DNA of 20,268 nt from Fimbriimonadales bacterium (GTDB lineage: Bacteria; Armatimonadota; Fimbriimonadia; Fimbriimonadales; JABRVX01), in assembly GCA_045862955.1 (NCBI GenBank), contig BTVI01000050.1, positions 1-20,268 on the forward strand, read 5' to 3'. The position numbers and the translations under genes are program-made. The number at the start of each line of letters is the position of its first letter. Position 1 is the stretch's first letter. Below are positions 1 to 8,625 of the stretch, piece after piece. Below the pieces are notes generated by a model. The model saw only the letters and a list, made by a program, of their open reading frames with translations. It had not been told where the DNA came from and ran no database searches.

Positions 1-341
1 CCGTCATGCTGAGCCTCTACGTCATGCTGAGCCTGTCGAAGCATGACCCCGCAGCCGCCCCCGACCCTGCCCCGGCGCGGTCCTTAGGTCCCAGGCAAGC
101 CGTCGGTAGCTGCTAGTCGGCGGACGCGGGCCGGGGCATAGAGAAAACAGCCGCCCCCGACCGTCATGCTGAGCTTGTCGAAGCATGACCCCGCAGCCCA
201 CCCGCAACCGTCATGCTGAGCTAGGCGTCATGCCGAGCTTGTCGAAGCATGACGCCGCAGCCGCCCCCGACCCTGCCCCGGCGCGGTCCTCAGGCTCGTA
301 GTGCCCGATAGGCAGGTGCAGTCCGGCGGACGCGGGCCGGG
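1..341 (+). repeat. Cluster of CGTC-tagged REP-like palindromic repeats inside a ~135-bp imperfect direct repeat
   Basis: Full copies CGTCATGCYGAGCYTGTCGAAGCATGAC at 20-47, 162-189 and 226-253 (stem GTCATGCT/AGCATGAC). Truncated copies at 2-16 and 209-221. Segment 1-~135 recurs at 208-~341, sharing CCGCAGCCGCCCCCGACCCTGCCCCGGCGCGGTCCT and CGGCGGACGCGGGCCGGG. Confidence 0.9.
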
Positions 342-1508
342 CTAGGCGACGACCAGCTCGGTCGGGCGGATGCCTTCCTGGTCCACCACCGCGCGCAGGG
401 CCTCCAGGGCCACGTCTACCTGGCGTTCGTTCGGCTCCCTCGTGGTGAGGAACTGCGTTAGCAGCCCGGGCCAGAAGAGCACCGTGCACAGCAGGCTGCC
501 CTTCATCCTCCCCGCTAGGCGCAGCGCCTCGTACGCCACGCCTGCAATGGGGAATAGGATCGCGATGTGCAGCGGCACCCGAAGCCAGATCTCCGGCCGC
601 GGAAGAAACGGGAATACCAACAGGCTGAGCAGCAGCACGATCACGATAAAGCTGGTGCCACAACGTTGGTGCAGGCGCGTCTGGCGCAAGGCGTTCTCGC
701 GCGTCAGCTCCTGCCGAGCCTCTAGCGTGTTGATCGCCTTGTGCTCGGCACCGTGGTACTGGAACACGCGGTAGATGTCCGGCATGAGGCTGATGAGCGC
801 CACGTAGTCGAGAAAGATCAGGAACCGGAGGCCGACGTCGAGCAGGTTTAGCTGAGCAGTCGTCCAACCGTGCGCCTTGAACGCATCCACCGCCGCGGTC
901 GGCAGCACGACGAAGAGCAGTACGCCCAAGCCTAGGCCCATCACCATGGCGCCGCCCACCGCAATCTCGTTGATGGCGCCCTTGCTATCCGCCTTCTCCT
1001 CGGCCTTCTTCGGGCGGAGGGTCAGGCCGAGCCCAAGCACGACGGCAGCGCCGAGGATGATCAGGCCTTTCGGGGAGACGACGCTGTGCCACATGGACAC
1101 GAGCTTTGCGACCACCGCGCTCCCGATGGCGGGGCCGATGAGTATCCCGACGATGGCGTTAACCGCAATCAAGCCGAGCCAGAACGGGATCTCGCGCGCC
1201 GTTCGACTGACCCGCTCTTCCTTCGGCGGGCCGCTGCCTTCGTATTGCTCGTCCAGCTGCACGCGAGAGGCGAACTGCAGTGCCTTGATGCCGAGTGCCA
1301 TGGCGTCGAGAAGCGCCAGTGACCCCCTGAGGAACGGCAGCTTCAGCCACCGCTGCCTCCCGATCCAGGTCTTTTCTACAGGTTCGGTGCGGCAGACGAT
1401 CTCTTGATTGGGCGCCCGACAGGCAACGGCAAAAAAACGAGGGCTGCGCATCATCACACCCTCGATTACCGCCTGACCGCCGTACTGAAGGTACTCGGCC
1501 TTGGGCAT
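342..1508 (-). CDS. DUF1385 family membrane protein (putative metal-dependent), 388 aa
   Basis: Motifs YGGQAVIEGVMMR, KLPFLRG, VFQYHGAEHK, HQRCGTSF and GLLTQFLTTREP. Start reassigned to ATG 1508 (MPKAEY), 2 nt after the rpmE stop. rpmE-DUF1385 adjacency is a common arrangement. Confidence 0.9.
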   Translation of the reverse strand: MPKAEYLQYGGQAVIEGVMMRSPRFFAVACRAPNQEIVCRTEPVEKTWIGRQRWLKLPFLRGSLALLDAMALGIKALQFASRVQLDEQYEGSGPPKEERVSRTAREIPFWLGLIAVNAIVGILIGPAIGSAVVAKLVSMWHSVVSPKGLIILGAAVVLGLGLTLRPKKAEEKADSKGAINEIAVGGAMVMGLGLGVLLFVVLPTAAVDAFKAHGWTTAQLNLLDVGLRFLIFLDYVALISLMPDIYRVFQYHGAEHKAINTLEARQELTRENALRQTRLHQRCGTSFIVIVLLLSLLVFPFLPRPEIWLRVPLHIAILFPIAGVAYEALRLAGRMKGSLLCTVLFWPGLLTQFLTTREPNERQVDVALEALRAVVDQEGIRPTELVVA

Positions 1509-1510
1509 GG

Positions 1511-1717
1511 TTATTTGTTCTTCATTCCGTACTTCTGCATAAATTTCTCGACGCGGCCCTCGGTGTCGACCAGCTTCTGCTTGCCGGTGAAGAACGGATG
1601 GCACGCGTAGCAGATTTCAACGTTCACCGTCGGGCTCGTCGAGATGGTCTCGAAGGTGTTCCCGCAGCCACAGCTCACGACGGTCTTCACGTATTTCGGG
1701 TGGATGTTTTCCTTCAT
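1511..1717 (-). CDS. rpmE: 50S ribosomal protein L31 (Zn-binding type)
   Basis: MKENIHPKY...CGCGN...[26 protein letters not shown] with four Cys. RBS-like AGAGGAAG upstream. Confidence 0.98.
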   Translation of the reverse strand: MKENIHPKYVKTVVSCGCGNTFETISTSPTVNVEICYACHPFFTGKQKLVDTEGRVEKFMQKYGMKNK

Positions 1718-1751
1718 CTTCCTCTAGCCTGTTCGGACGAATCGAAGCGGG

Positions 1752-1757
1752 ATTATA
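1752..1757 (-). promoter_or_regulatory. Putative -10 box (TATAAT) of the rpmE promoter
   Basis: Perfect TATAAT on the minus strand in a GC-rich 59-bp intergenic gap, 34 nt upstream of the rpmE ATG. No convincing -35. Confidence 0.6.
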
Positions 1758-1776
1758 CCCTGCGTCTTCGAGCGGC

Positions 1777-2163
1777 CTACTCCTCGCGGACTTCGACCCT
1801 GATCCCGATGCTGGAGATGATCGCGGCTACGCGCTTACACTCCTCTTCCGAGCCGAAGTGGACGACCGACTTGCCCAGGTGATGGACCTCCCAGGTTTCG
1901 GTCTGCGCCTCCCGAAGGCTGCATCGGGTGGCGATGAGGAGGATAGCGATCACCTCGTCGAAGGTATTGTAATCGTTGTCATAGACCACGACTACCCAAT
2001 GCCCCGCGCCGTAGCCTTCCAGGTCTTCCTCTTCGGCCACGTCGGGGAGCACGGGAGCAACCGTACGGCTGGGCCCGCGCTGACCTGGCGGCACCCCTGC
2101 TCCCAGGGACGGCCCGAGCCGCTCGGCGACGCTATTCGAGGCTTGCGGTGCTCGGATGCGCAT
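1777..2163 (-). CDS. clpS: ATP-dependent Clp protease adaptor ClpS family protein (paralogue 2)
   Basis: VVVVYDNDYNTFDEVIAIL...ETWEVHHLGKSVV...EECKRVA matches the ClpS core. Start uncertain: ATG 2163 has GGGAG upstream and gives a long low-complexity N-terminus. Confidence 0.85.
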   Translation of the reverse strand: MRIRAPQASNSVAERLGPSLGAGVPPGQRGPSRTVAPVLPDVAEEEDLEGYGAGHWVVVVYDNDYNTFDEVIAILLIATRCSLREAQTETWEVHHLGKSVVHFGSEEECKRVAAIISSIGIRVEVREE

Positions 2164-2169
2164 TCGCAG

Positions 2170-2466
2170 CTACTCCCATTCGCGAACCACTTCGGTCTGC
2201 ACGCCGACCGAGTGCATGATCCCGGCAACACGGAGGCACTCTTCGCGGTCGGCGATATGGCACACCGCCTTACCGAACATGTGCGCCTCCCAGGTCTCGG
2301 CATACGCCTCCGCCATGTCGCAATTCGTGGCATCCATCAGGGCTGCGATGACCCAGTCGAAAGGCGTCACGTCGTTGTTCAGTATCCAGCACAACCACCG
2401 GTCCGTACGCTCATTCGGGGCGTCGGTGGGGGCCGGAAGGTCGAGAACGCCGGATCTCTCTCTCAT
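2170..2466 (-). CDS. clpS: ATP-dependent Clp protease adaptor ClpS family protein (paralogue 1), 98 aa
   Basis: WILNNDVTPFDWVIAALM...ETWEAHMFGKAVC...EECLRVA. Start placed at ATG 2466 (MRERS). Confidence 0.85.
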   Translation of the reverse strand: MRERSGVLDLPAPTDAPNERTDRWLCWILNNDVTPFDWVIAALMDATNCDMAEAYAETWEAHMFGKAVCHIADREECLRVAGIMHSVGVQTEVVREWE

Positions 2467-2473
2467 ACTTACG

Positions 2474-2502
2474 ATTCTAGCGGAAAACGCGTTGCTAGGC
2501 AA
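2474..2502 (-). promoter_or_regulatory. Putative sigma70 promoter for the clpS pair, probably leaderless
   Basis: Minus strand reads TTGCCT-N17-TAGAAT-N7-ATG, with no Shine-Dalgarno before ATG 2466. Confidence 0.6.
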
Positions 2503-5500
2503 GTCCCCGCGTCAGCTTGAGGGTGACAATCTCGAACGGGCGCACCTCCAAATTGATAGTGCCGTTTCGCATGTCGAGAGGTTCACCCATCTCGCGCTCC
2601 AATAGGTCGCATCGTTGCGCCCGCTCGACGGGGAACCCGAAGCGGATGCTCGCCCTGCCCCTAGCGTTGTGTGCTTCGTACAGCCGAAGAATGAGGTCGT
2701 CCGAGTCTTCGGCGCGCTTCAGAGCTTCCACTACCAGCTTCGGACCGTCTTTCGGGGCGCTGACCTCCAGATAGGAACGCGTATCCGAGGGGCCCGTGGT
2801 CCGAACGCACCGCACCGGCGAATTGAGCCGGTTCGCCGCGGTCACCACGCCGGCCTGGCGGAAGTCACCGAGGTGGGGGTAAAGCCAGTAGGTGAACCGA
2901 TGAGTGCCCCTGTCGGCAGTGGGATCGGGCGCCTGGGGTGCGCGCAGCAGAGTGAGCCGCATCGTGTTCTGATAGGTGTCGTAGCCGTACTTGCAGTCGT
3001 TGATCAGGGCTACTCCCCAGCCGCCTTCGCTCAGGTCCGCCCACTTGTGCCCACACACCTCGAAGCGGGCTTGGTCCCAGCTCGTGTTGTAGTGTGTGGG
3101 CCGCTCCACATGCCCGAACTGGATCTCGTAGGTAGCACGTTGGGAGTTCACCCGTACCGGAAAAGCGGCCTTCAGCATCTTACGATCTTCGTGCCAATCC
3201 ACCGTGGTAGCGAACTCGACGAAAGGCGCGTCTGCTGCGAGACGTATGTCTTGCGCGATGCGGCTCGAGCCGAAAGGCTTGGTGACACGTATTGCCGCCC
3301 GCACCGGTCCCCCTTCCACTACCTCGATCTCGGCCTCTCCGCGCAGCGCTCGGGAAGTCTCGTGCGAGAAGAGGTCTATGTCCCACGCCTCCCAGTTGTT
3401 CGGCACATCCTCCAAGAGCTGTATTTCGTTGCAGACGCGCCCCTCCGCCACTACCTCTTGGTCACCGGCTTTCAAGACCAGCGATGTGATGCTACCAGCG
3501 TCGTCGAGACGTACTAATAGGTGCTCGTTCTCCAGCAGCCTGTCAGTCACTGACAGCGTGCCCCCAGGTGCTGCCGCCTCGGACAGTTTCCCGGAAAGCC
3601 GACCGATGCCGAAAGTCGGAGCCGAGAATAGGGCTTCCTCGCCGACCCGCTGAAGCGCGGAGACGGTCCCATCGTCCCACTCTATGCTGCGATACGTTTC
3701 ACCCGCCGCTACGCTCACCGTACCAACGTCCCCGAACCCGGCTTCCCTGGTCGAGTACTGGGCGACGTGCTCTCCATGGCTCTCCTTCACTACTGCACCT
3801 ACCACGGACGACAGCATGTCGTACACGCGAGCGTAGTCCCTGTCGCTGTCTCGATACACCTCCTGGATGCTGGAACCCGGCAGGATGTCATGGAACTGGT
3901 TGAGCAACACTAGCTTCCATGCCTGCTCCAGAGTCCCTTTTGGGTAGGCATCTAGTTCGCCGAACAGCGAGGCGAGCATCTCGGCGTCTCGAAGGAGCAA
4001 TTCGCACTTTCGATTGTGTTTCTTGTTGTTAGCCTGGGTGGTATAGGTGCCGCGGTGCAGCTCGAAGTACAGTTCCCCCCACCAGGTAGCGAGGTCCCTC
4101 GCCTCCTCGAAGGTCTTGCGTAAGAAGTCCCGTGCGAACTCCATCTCTACGCGCGGTAACCCTTCGACATCCCTCATGCGTAGCGCGGCCTCGATCATGT
4201 CCACCGTAGGACCCCCTCCGCCGTCACCATAGCCGTATACGTATAGTGAGCGGTCGGATCGCCCATGCTCCTTGAAGTTATGCACGCTGAACAAGAGCTG
4301 CTTCGGTGTCATGTTGCAGCAGTAGTCGTTAGCGGGCATGAAGTGAGCGAGCACCTCGGTACCGTCGATGCCCTTCCAGCGGAAGGTGTGATGTGGGAAC
4401 ACGTTGGTATCGTTCCAGCATATCTTCTGTGTTAGGAAGTAGTCCACCCCTGCCAGCTTCAGAATCTGTGGCAGCGCAGCGCTGTAACCAAACACGTCCG
4501 GCAGCCACAAGTCCTTCGTCTCGATACCGAAGCGTTCGAGGAAGTAGCGCTTACCATAAAGGATCTGGCGCACGATCGACTCGCCCGAGGGTACGTTGCA
4601 GTCGGCTTCCACCCACATGCTGCCCGTGGGCTCCCACTGTCCTCGCTTCGCCATCTCCGCGATGCGCTCGAACAGGCCGGGATACTGCTCTCGAATCCAC
4701 TCGTACTGCGCGGCCTGGCTGCACAGAAACTTATAATCGGGATAAAGCTCCATGTACCGTGTAGCCGTGGAGAAGGTGTGCGCGCACTTCTTCATGGTGA
4801 TATGCAGCGGCCACAGCCACGCCGTGTCGATGTGCGCATGACCGATGGCACTCACCCTGTGCGCCGATGCACACGCTGGCTGATACCACTCTTCGCGTAG
4901 TAGCTGAGCAGCGGCCTCGATTCCCTCGCGACGGAACGCGTTGACCGACTCGTTCATCGCATAGAGTAGGCGTCCGAAGCGTGGCTCGTCGCGTGGGAGC
5001 TCTTCCAGCAGTCCCAACGCCACGCGAAAGTCGTGGTAGTAAGACCAGAGCCGCGCGTCCGGCAAGAAGAGGAAGCATTCGCCCACCTGGCATGGGGTCT
5101 CCGGCGGGTCCTTAGGGCGACCCCAGTCGGAGACATAGGGGTTCACGGCATAGGCTTCTGCGATTAGGTCTACCTGCGGCCCGCCGTCGTAGTGGTAGTA
5201 GCGGTGGTTGCGGTCCAGCCCTTCGCGAGGAGTGTTTTCGTACCACACGGTCGTCTCTGCACCCAGATCAATCGCTGCGAGTACATGCTCGCCGTTCCAC
5301 TCCTCCGGCACGCTGCCAGTCACACGGAACCAAGCCGTCGACCAGATCGGACCCCAACGGAATCCGGTCTCGACGGGACGGAACTCGGCGGCCCGAGCGG
5401 CACGCTCATCACGCAAGCCCTGCTGCTGGCAAACCGCGAGAGACAAGGGGACCTTCCGGCCGTGGAGGTGACCGAGAAGCCTATCGGAGAGAAAGCGCCG

Positions 5501-5536
5501 AAGGCGCTTGACCGTGACGTCGGGATGCTTGTGCAT
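2495..5536 (-). CDS. GH38 alpha-mannosidase (cytoplasmic, class 2C-like)
   Basis: GHAHIDTAWLW (Zn ligands), WLPDVFGY (nucleophile Asp), GYGDGGGGP, ELYFELHRGTYT, NQFHDILPGS, ARFEVCGHKWADLSE. No signal peptide. Start could be 5536 or 5551. Confidence 0.95.
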   Translation of the reverse strand: MHKHPDVTVKRLRRFLSDRLLGHLHGRKVPLSLAVCQQQGLRDERAARAAEFRPVETGFRWGPIWSTAWFRVTGSVPEEWNGEHVLAAIDLGAETTVWYENTPREGLDRNHRYYHYDGGPQVDLIAEAYAVNPYVSDWGRPKDPPETPCQVGECFLFLPDARLWSYYHDFRVALGLLEELPRDEPRFGRLLYAMNESVNAFRREGIEAAAQLLREEWYQPACASAHRVSAIGHAHIDTAWLWPLHITMKKCAHTFSTATRYMELYPDYKFLCSQAAQYEWIREQYPGLFERIAEMAKRGQWEPTGSMWVEADCNVPSGESIVRQILYGKRYFLERFGIETKDLWLPDVFGYSAALPQILKLAGVDYFLTQKICWNDTNVFPHHTFRWKGIDGTEVLAHFMPANDYCCNMTPKQLLFSVHNFKEHGRSDRSLYVYGYGDGGGGPTVDMIEAALRMRDVEGLPRVEMEFARDFLRKTFEEARDLATWWGELYFELHRGTYTTQANNKKHNRKCELLLRDAEMLASLFGELDAYPKGTLEQAWKLVLLNQFHDILPGSSIQEVYRDSDRDYARVYDMLSSVVGAVVKESHGEHVAQYSTREAGFGDVGTVSVAAGETYRSIEWDDGTVSALQRVGEEALFSAPTFGIGRLSGKLSEAAAPGGTLSVTDRLLENEHLLVRLDDAGSITSLVLKAGDQEVVAEGRVCNEIQLLEDVPNNWEAWDIDLFSHETSRALRGEAEIEVVEGGPVRAAIRVTKPFGSSRIAQDIRLAADAPFVEFATTVDWHEDRKMLKAAFPVRVNSQRATYEIQFGHVERPTHYNTSWDQARFEVCGHKWADLSEGGWGVALINDCKYGYDTYQNTMRLTLLRAPQAPDPTADRGTHRFTYWLYPHLGDFRQAGVVTAANRLNSPVRCVRTTGPSDTRSYLEVSAPKDGPKLVVEALKRAEDSDDLILRLYEAHNARGRASIRFGFPVERAQRCDLLEREMGEPLDMRNGTINLEVRPFEIVTLKLTRGLA

Positions 5537-5617
5537 ACGCTCAACTACCATGCGGAGACGGCATTCCCTGCCGCTTCCGAAAGGGATAGGGCCATCGCGA
5601 GACGAATCGAACCGGCC

Positions 5618-8515
5618 ATGTTCTTGTTGTCGCCTCTACTCGCCTTCTTGTCCCTCGGTCCAGCCAGCGAGAGCCAGGCCGTTGTCGTCCTACCCCGCCA
5701 TGCGAGCTCGCTGGAGGAGCTTGCGGCTCGCGAGGTTCGGCGGTACCTCTACCACGTCACCGGCGCCCTGCCCCGGCTTATGCCGACCGACGGCGCCCTG
5801 TCGCTGGGACCGGGCCACACGGTGGTGGTCGGCCGCAGCGACAGGAGCGTGGTGAGAGTTCTCGCCGAGAAGGCCGGCCTGCTTACAGCGCTGGAGGCGC
5901 TCGCGCCCGAGGAGTACCTGCTGCGAACAGCCCACCTGGGCAGTCGGACGACGACCTTGATCGTCGGCGGCGATGACGTGGGCACCCTTTACGGAGCCTA
6001 TCGCTTCGCCGAGAAGCTCGGCGTGCGGTTCTACCTGGACGGCGATGTGCTGCCCGACCGCCAAACGCCGCTCGATCGGTTGAGCGTGGACGAGGTGGGG
6101 CGGCCGAAGTTCGCGCTGCGCGGAATACAGCCGTTCCACGACTTCCCGGAAGGGCCGGACTGGTGGAGCCTGGATGACTACAAGGCGGTGCTTGCCCAAC
6201 TCCCGAAGCTACGCATGAACTTCATCGGCCTGCACACCTATCCGGAAGACATCGCCGAGCCGACGGTATGGATCGGCTTGTCCGAGGACGTTGACGAGAA
6301 GGGACGAGTCCGCTTTTCCTATCCCGCATCCTATCAGAACACCCTGCGTGGCGATTGGGGCTACGAGCCGAAAAAAACGTCGGACTTTCTGTTCGGAACC
6401 GGGGCTCTCTTCGATAGGGACGACTACGGCACCGACCCGATGCGTGGGCTCGCGCCGAAACCCTATGACCCCGAGGCCTGCAATCGGCTTTTCAACCGCA
6501 CGGGAGATTTCTTGGGGCAGGCATTCCGGTTCGCCAAAGGGCTCGGCATTCGGACGTGTGTGGGCACCGAGACGCCGTTGATCGTGCCGCGAAGGGTGCG
6601 CGAGAGATACCCGGAGGCGACGACCGAGCAGCTGTACGAAGGCATATTCCGCAGGCTATCGCTCGTCTCACCAGTGGATTACTACTGGCTGTGGACGCCG
6701 GAGGGGTGGACATGGAGTGGAACCACTCCCGAGGAGGCGGAGCGCACTCTCGCAGATATCAGGGCCGCCCTGAGCGCTTTGGACAAGCTGGGGAAGCCCT
6801 TCGGAATGGCCACGTGCGGGTGGGTGCTGGGACCACAGTTTGCTCGGGACCTGTTTGCGCGCGAGCTGCCGCCGGACGTTGCTGTTAGTTGTATCAGTCG
6901 GGAAGTGGGCATGGCGCCTGTCGAGCCGGGTTTTGAGCGCGTTCGTGGCAGAGACAAGTGGGCCATCCCATGGCTGGAAGACGACCCCGCACTCACCACG
7001 CCACAACTCTGGGTCGGGCGCATGCTACGTGATGCCTCCGATACGCACGCATATGGATGCACGGGCTTGATGGGTATTCATTGGCGAACCCGTGTGATCG
7101 GTCCGAACGTTTCCGCGCTAGCGGGTGCTGCTTGGGACCTGCCGAAGCCGCCCGACGCTCAGTCTGCTTCGGGTGTGTTAGGTGGCAAACTCGCGCACTT
7201 CCCGGGGAATCGCATCGAAGGGGCAGACGAGCAGGCGGTGTATCAGCACGTGCGTTACGATCTCTCTGCCTACCGGTTCGTGGTCCCGAACGGCGATTAC
7301 CGTGTCACGCTCAAGTTCTGCGAGCCCTACTACTCCGAGCCCGGACGTAGGGTGTTCGACGTGCAGATCGAGGGCAGGACCGTGGTATCGCGTCTCGATG
7401 TGTTTGCCGAGGTGGGGCAGGACCATGCTCTGGACATGACGTACCAGGTCACGGTAGACGATGGGCGTTTGGACGTCGAGTTCGTGCCAGTGGTAGAGAT
7501 GCCGTGCATCGCAGGGTTGGTGATCGAGGGCGGCAGCACTGCTATTCGCATCAACTGCGGCGGACCTGCGGTGGGTGCGTACGCCGCGGATCGGGAGATG
7601 GAACGCGACCTACCGTGCGACGCTTTCTACTCCGATTGGGCGTATCATCAATTCGGCGCGGAGGTGGCACAGGATGCGGCAAAGCTGTTCGCGCGTTTGG
7701 ACGGAAAACTCCCGCGACCCGCAGCGTGGATGGACGGACCAGGCGGCCTCTGGAACGATGCGCGTCCATTGGTGGAGATCGAGAAGCAGTACGGGTTCGT
7801 AGCCGAGATGGAGGCAATGCGGCCCCGAGTGAAGGGACCGGGCAACCTAGAGCGGTTCGACTATTGGCTAAACTCTTTCCGATACCTGCGGGCGATGGCC
7901 AGGATGGCCCATGCAGGACACCAGGTGGACGAAGCGCTGAGGCACGGTCGCGAGAGTCGGGATGGAGAAGCGAAGCGGGCCGCTGCACGATCGGCACTGC
8001 CGCTTTACGAGACACTGCTGGATAGGCTGGAGGAGGTCTATCGCTACCTACTACCTACCATCGGCACGAAGGGTGAGATGGGCACGCTGGCAAATTGGGA
8101 GCAACACATCCTACCACGAACCGTGGAGCGTCAGCGCAAGGAGATCGAAGCGATGCTCGGTGAGCCGCTGGCAGCAGAATACGCTACAAAGAGAGTGTAT
8201 GATGGGCCGACCGTGCTCTGCGTCCCGACCAAGCGAACGCTGCTAGAAGAAGGCGCCGCGTTGCGCGTGCCCATCCACGTGCTGAGCGCAGCAAGGGTGG
8301 ACTCCGTGGCACTACACTGGCGACCGCTCGGAGAGAGCGCGTGGCGAGCAGCGAAGGTGGTACGTGTGGGGCGAGGGGTGTACGACGCGTCGCTCGCATG
8401 CGAGAAATCGGGCGACTTCGAGTACTGGATCGAGGTCCGCACGAGCGATGCAGCCACGGTCACGTACCCTGCCGGTGCACCCACTCGGACGCACAGCGTG
8501 GTTCGGCTGCGCTAG
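5618..8515 (+). CDS. Secreted uncharacterised glycoside-hydrolase-like protein with inserted malectin domain
   Basis: Signal peptide MFLLSPLLAFLSLGPA. GH20/GH67-type N-terminal domain (EEYLL...VGGDDVGTLYGAYRFAEKLGVRFY). Barrel-like start ALRGIQPFHDF...KLRMNFIGLH. Malectin motif VYQHVRY...VPNGDYRVTLKFCEPY...RRVFDVQIEG. Start moved to ATG 5618 to remove overlap with the GH38 gene. Confidence 0.75.
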   Translation: MFLLSPLLAFLSLGPASESQAVVVLPRHASSLEELAAREVRRYLYHVTGALPRLMPTDGALSLGPGHTVVVGRSDRSVVRVLAEKAGLLTALEALAPEEYLLRTAHLGSRTTTLIVGGDDVGTLYGAYRFAEKLGVRFYLDGDVLPDRQTPLDRLSVDEVGRPKFALRGIQPFHDFPEGPDWWSLDDYKAVLAQLPKLRMNFIGLHTYPEDIAEPTVWIGLSEDVDEKGRVRFSYPASYQNTLRGDWGYEPKKTSDFLFGTGALFDRDDYGTDPMRGLAPKPYDPEACNRLFNRTGDFLGQAFRFAKGLGIRTCVGTETPLIVPRRVRERYPEATTEQLYEGIFRRLSLVSPVDYYWLWTPEGWTWSGTTPEEAERTLADIRAALSALDKLGKPFGMATCGWVLGPQFARDLFARELPPDVAVSCISREVGMAPVEPGFERVRGRDKWAIPWLEDDPALTTPQLWVGRMLRDASDTHAYGCTGLMGIHWRTRVIGPNVSALAGAAWDLPKPPDAQSASGVLGGKLAHFPGNRIEGADEQAVYQHVRYDLSAYRFVVPNGDYRVTLKFCEPYYSEPGRRVFDVQIEGRTVVSRLDVFAEVGQDHALDMTYQVTVDDGRLDVEFVPVVEMPCIAGLVIEGGSTAIRINCGGPAVGAYAADREMERDLPCDAFYSDWAYHQFGAEVAQDAAKLFARLDGKLPRPAAWMDGPGGLWNDARPLVEIEKQYGFVAEMEAMRPRVKGPGNLERFDYWLNSFRYLRAMARMAHAGHQVDEALRHGRESRDGEAKRAAARSALPLYETLLDRLEEVYRYLLPTIGTKGEMGTLANWEQHILPRTVERQRKEIEAMLGEPLAAEYATKRVYDGPTVLCVPTKRTLLEEGAALRVPIHVLSAARVDSVALHWRPLGESAWRAAKVVRVGRGVYDASLACEKSGDFEYWIEVRTSDAATVTYPAGAPTRTHSVVRLR

Positions 8516-8625
8516 CACCCACATCGTGCCTCTCCGGCGGCAGCGCCGGGCCCCGAGAGGAGTCGTCGCTCCTAACGGGGAATCGGTGACGATATCGGGA
8601 CCTACCCGCTCCGGAGGTCGAGCGC

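Noticed and set aside
22..207. 61-aa ORF at the left end
   Set aside because: It lies entirely within the repeat cluster and gives the same REP-derived peptide.
1509..1604. N-terminal extension of DUF1385 overlapping rpmE
   Set aside because: It is an out-of-frame overlap with L31, and the family motif begins right after ATG 1508.
5192..5617. 142-aa N-terminal extension of the 1107-aa ORF
   Set aside because: It overlaps the GH38 gene antisense, and a signal peptide starts at ATG 5618.
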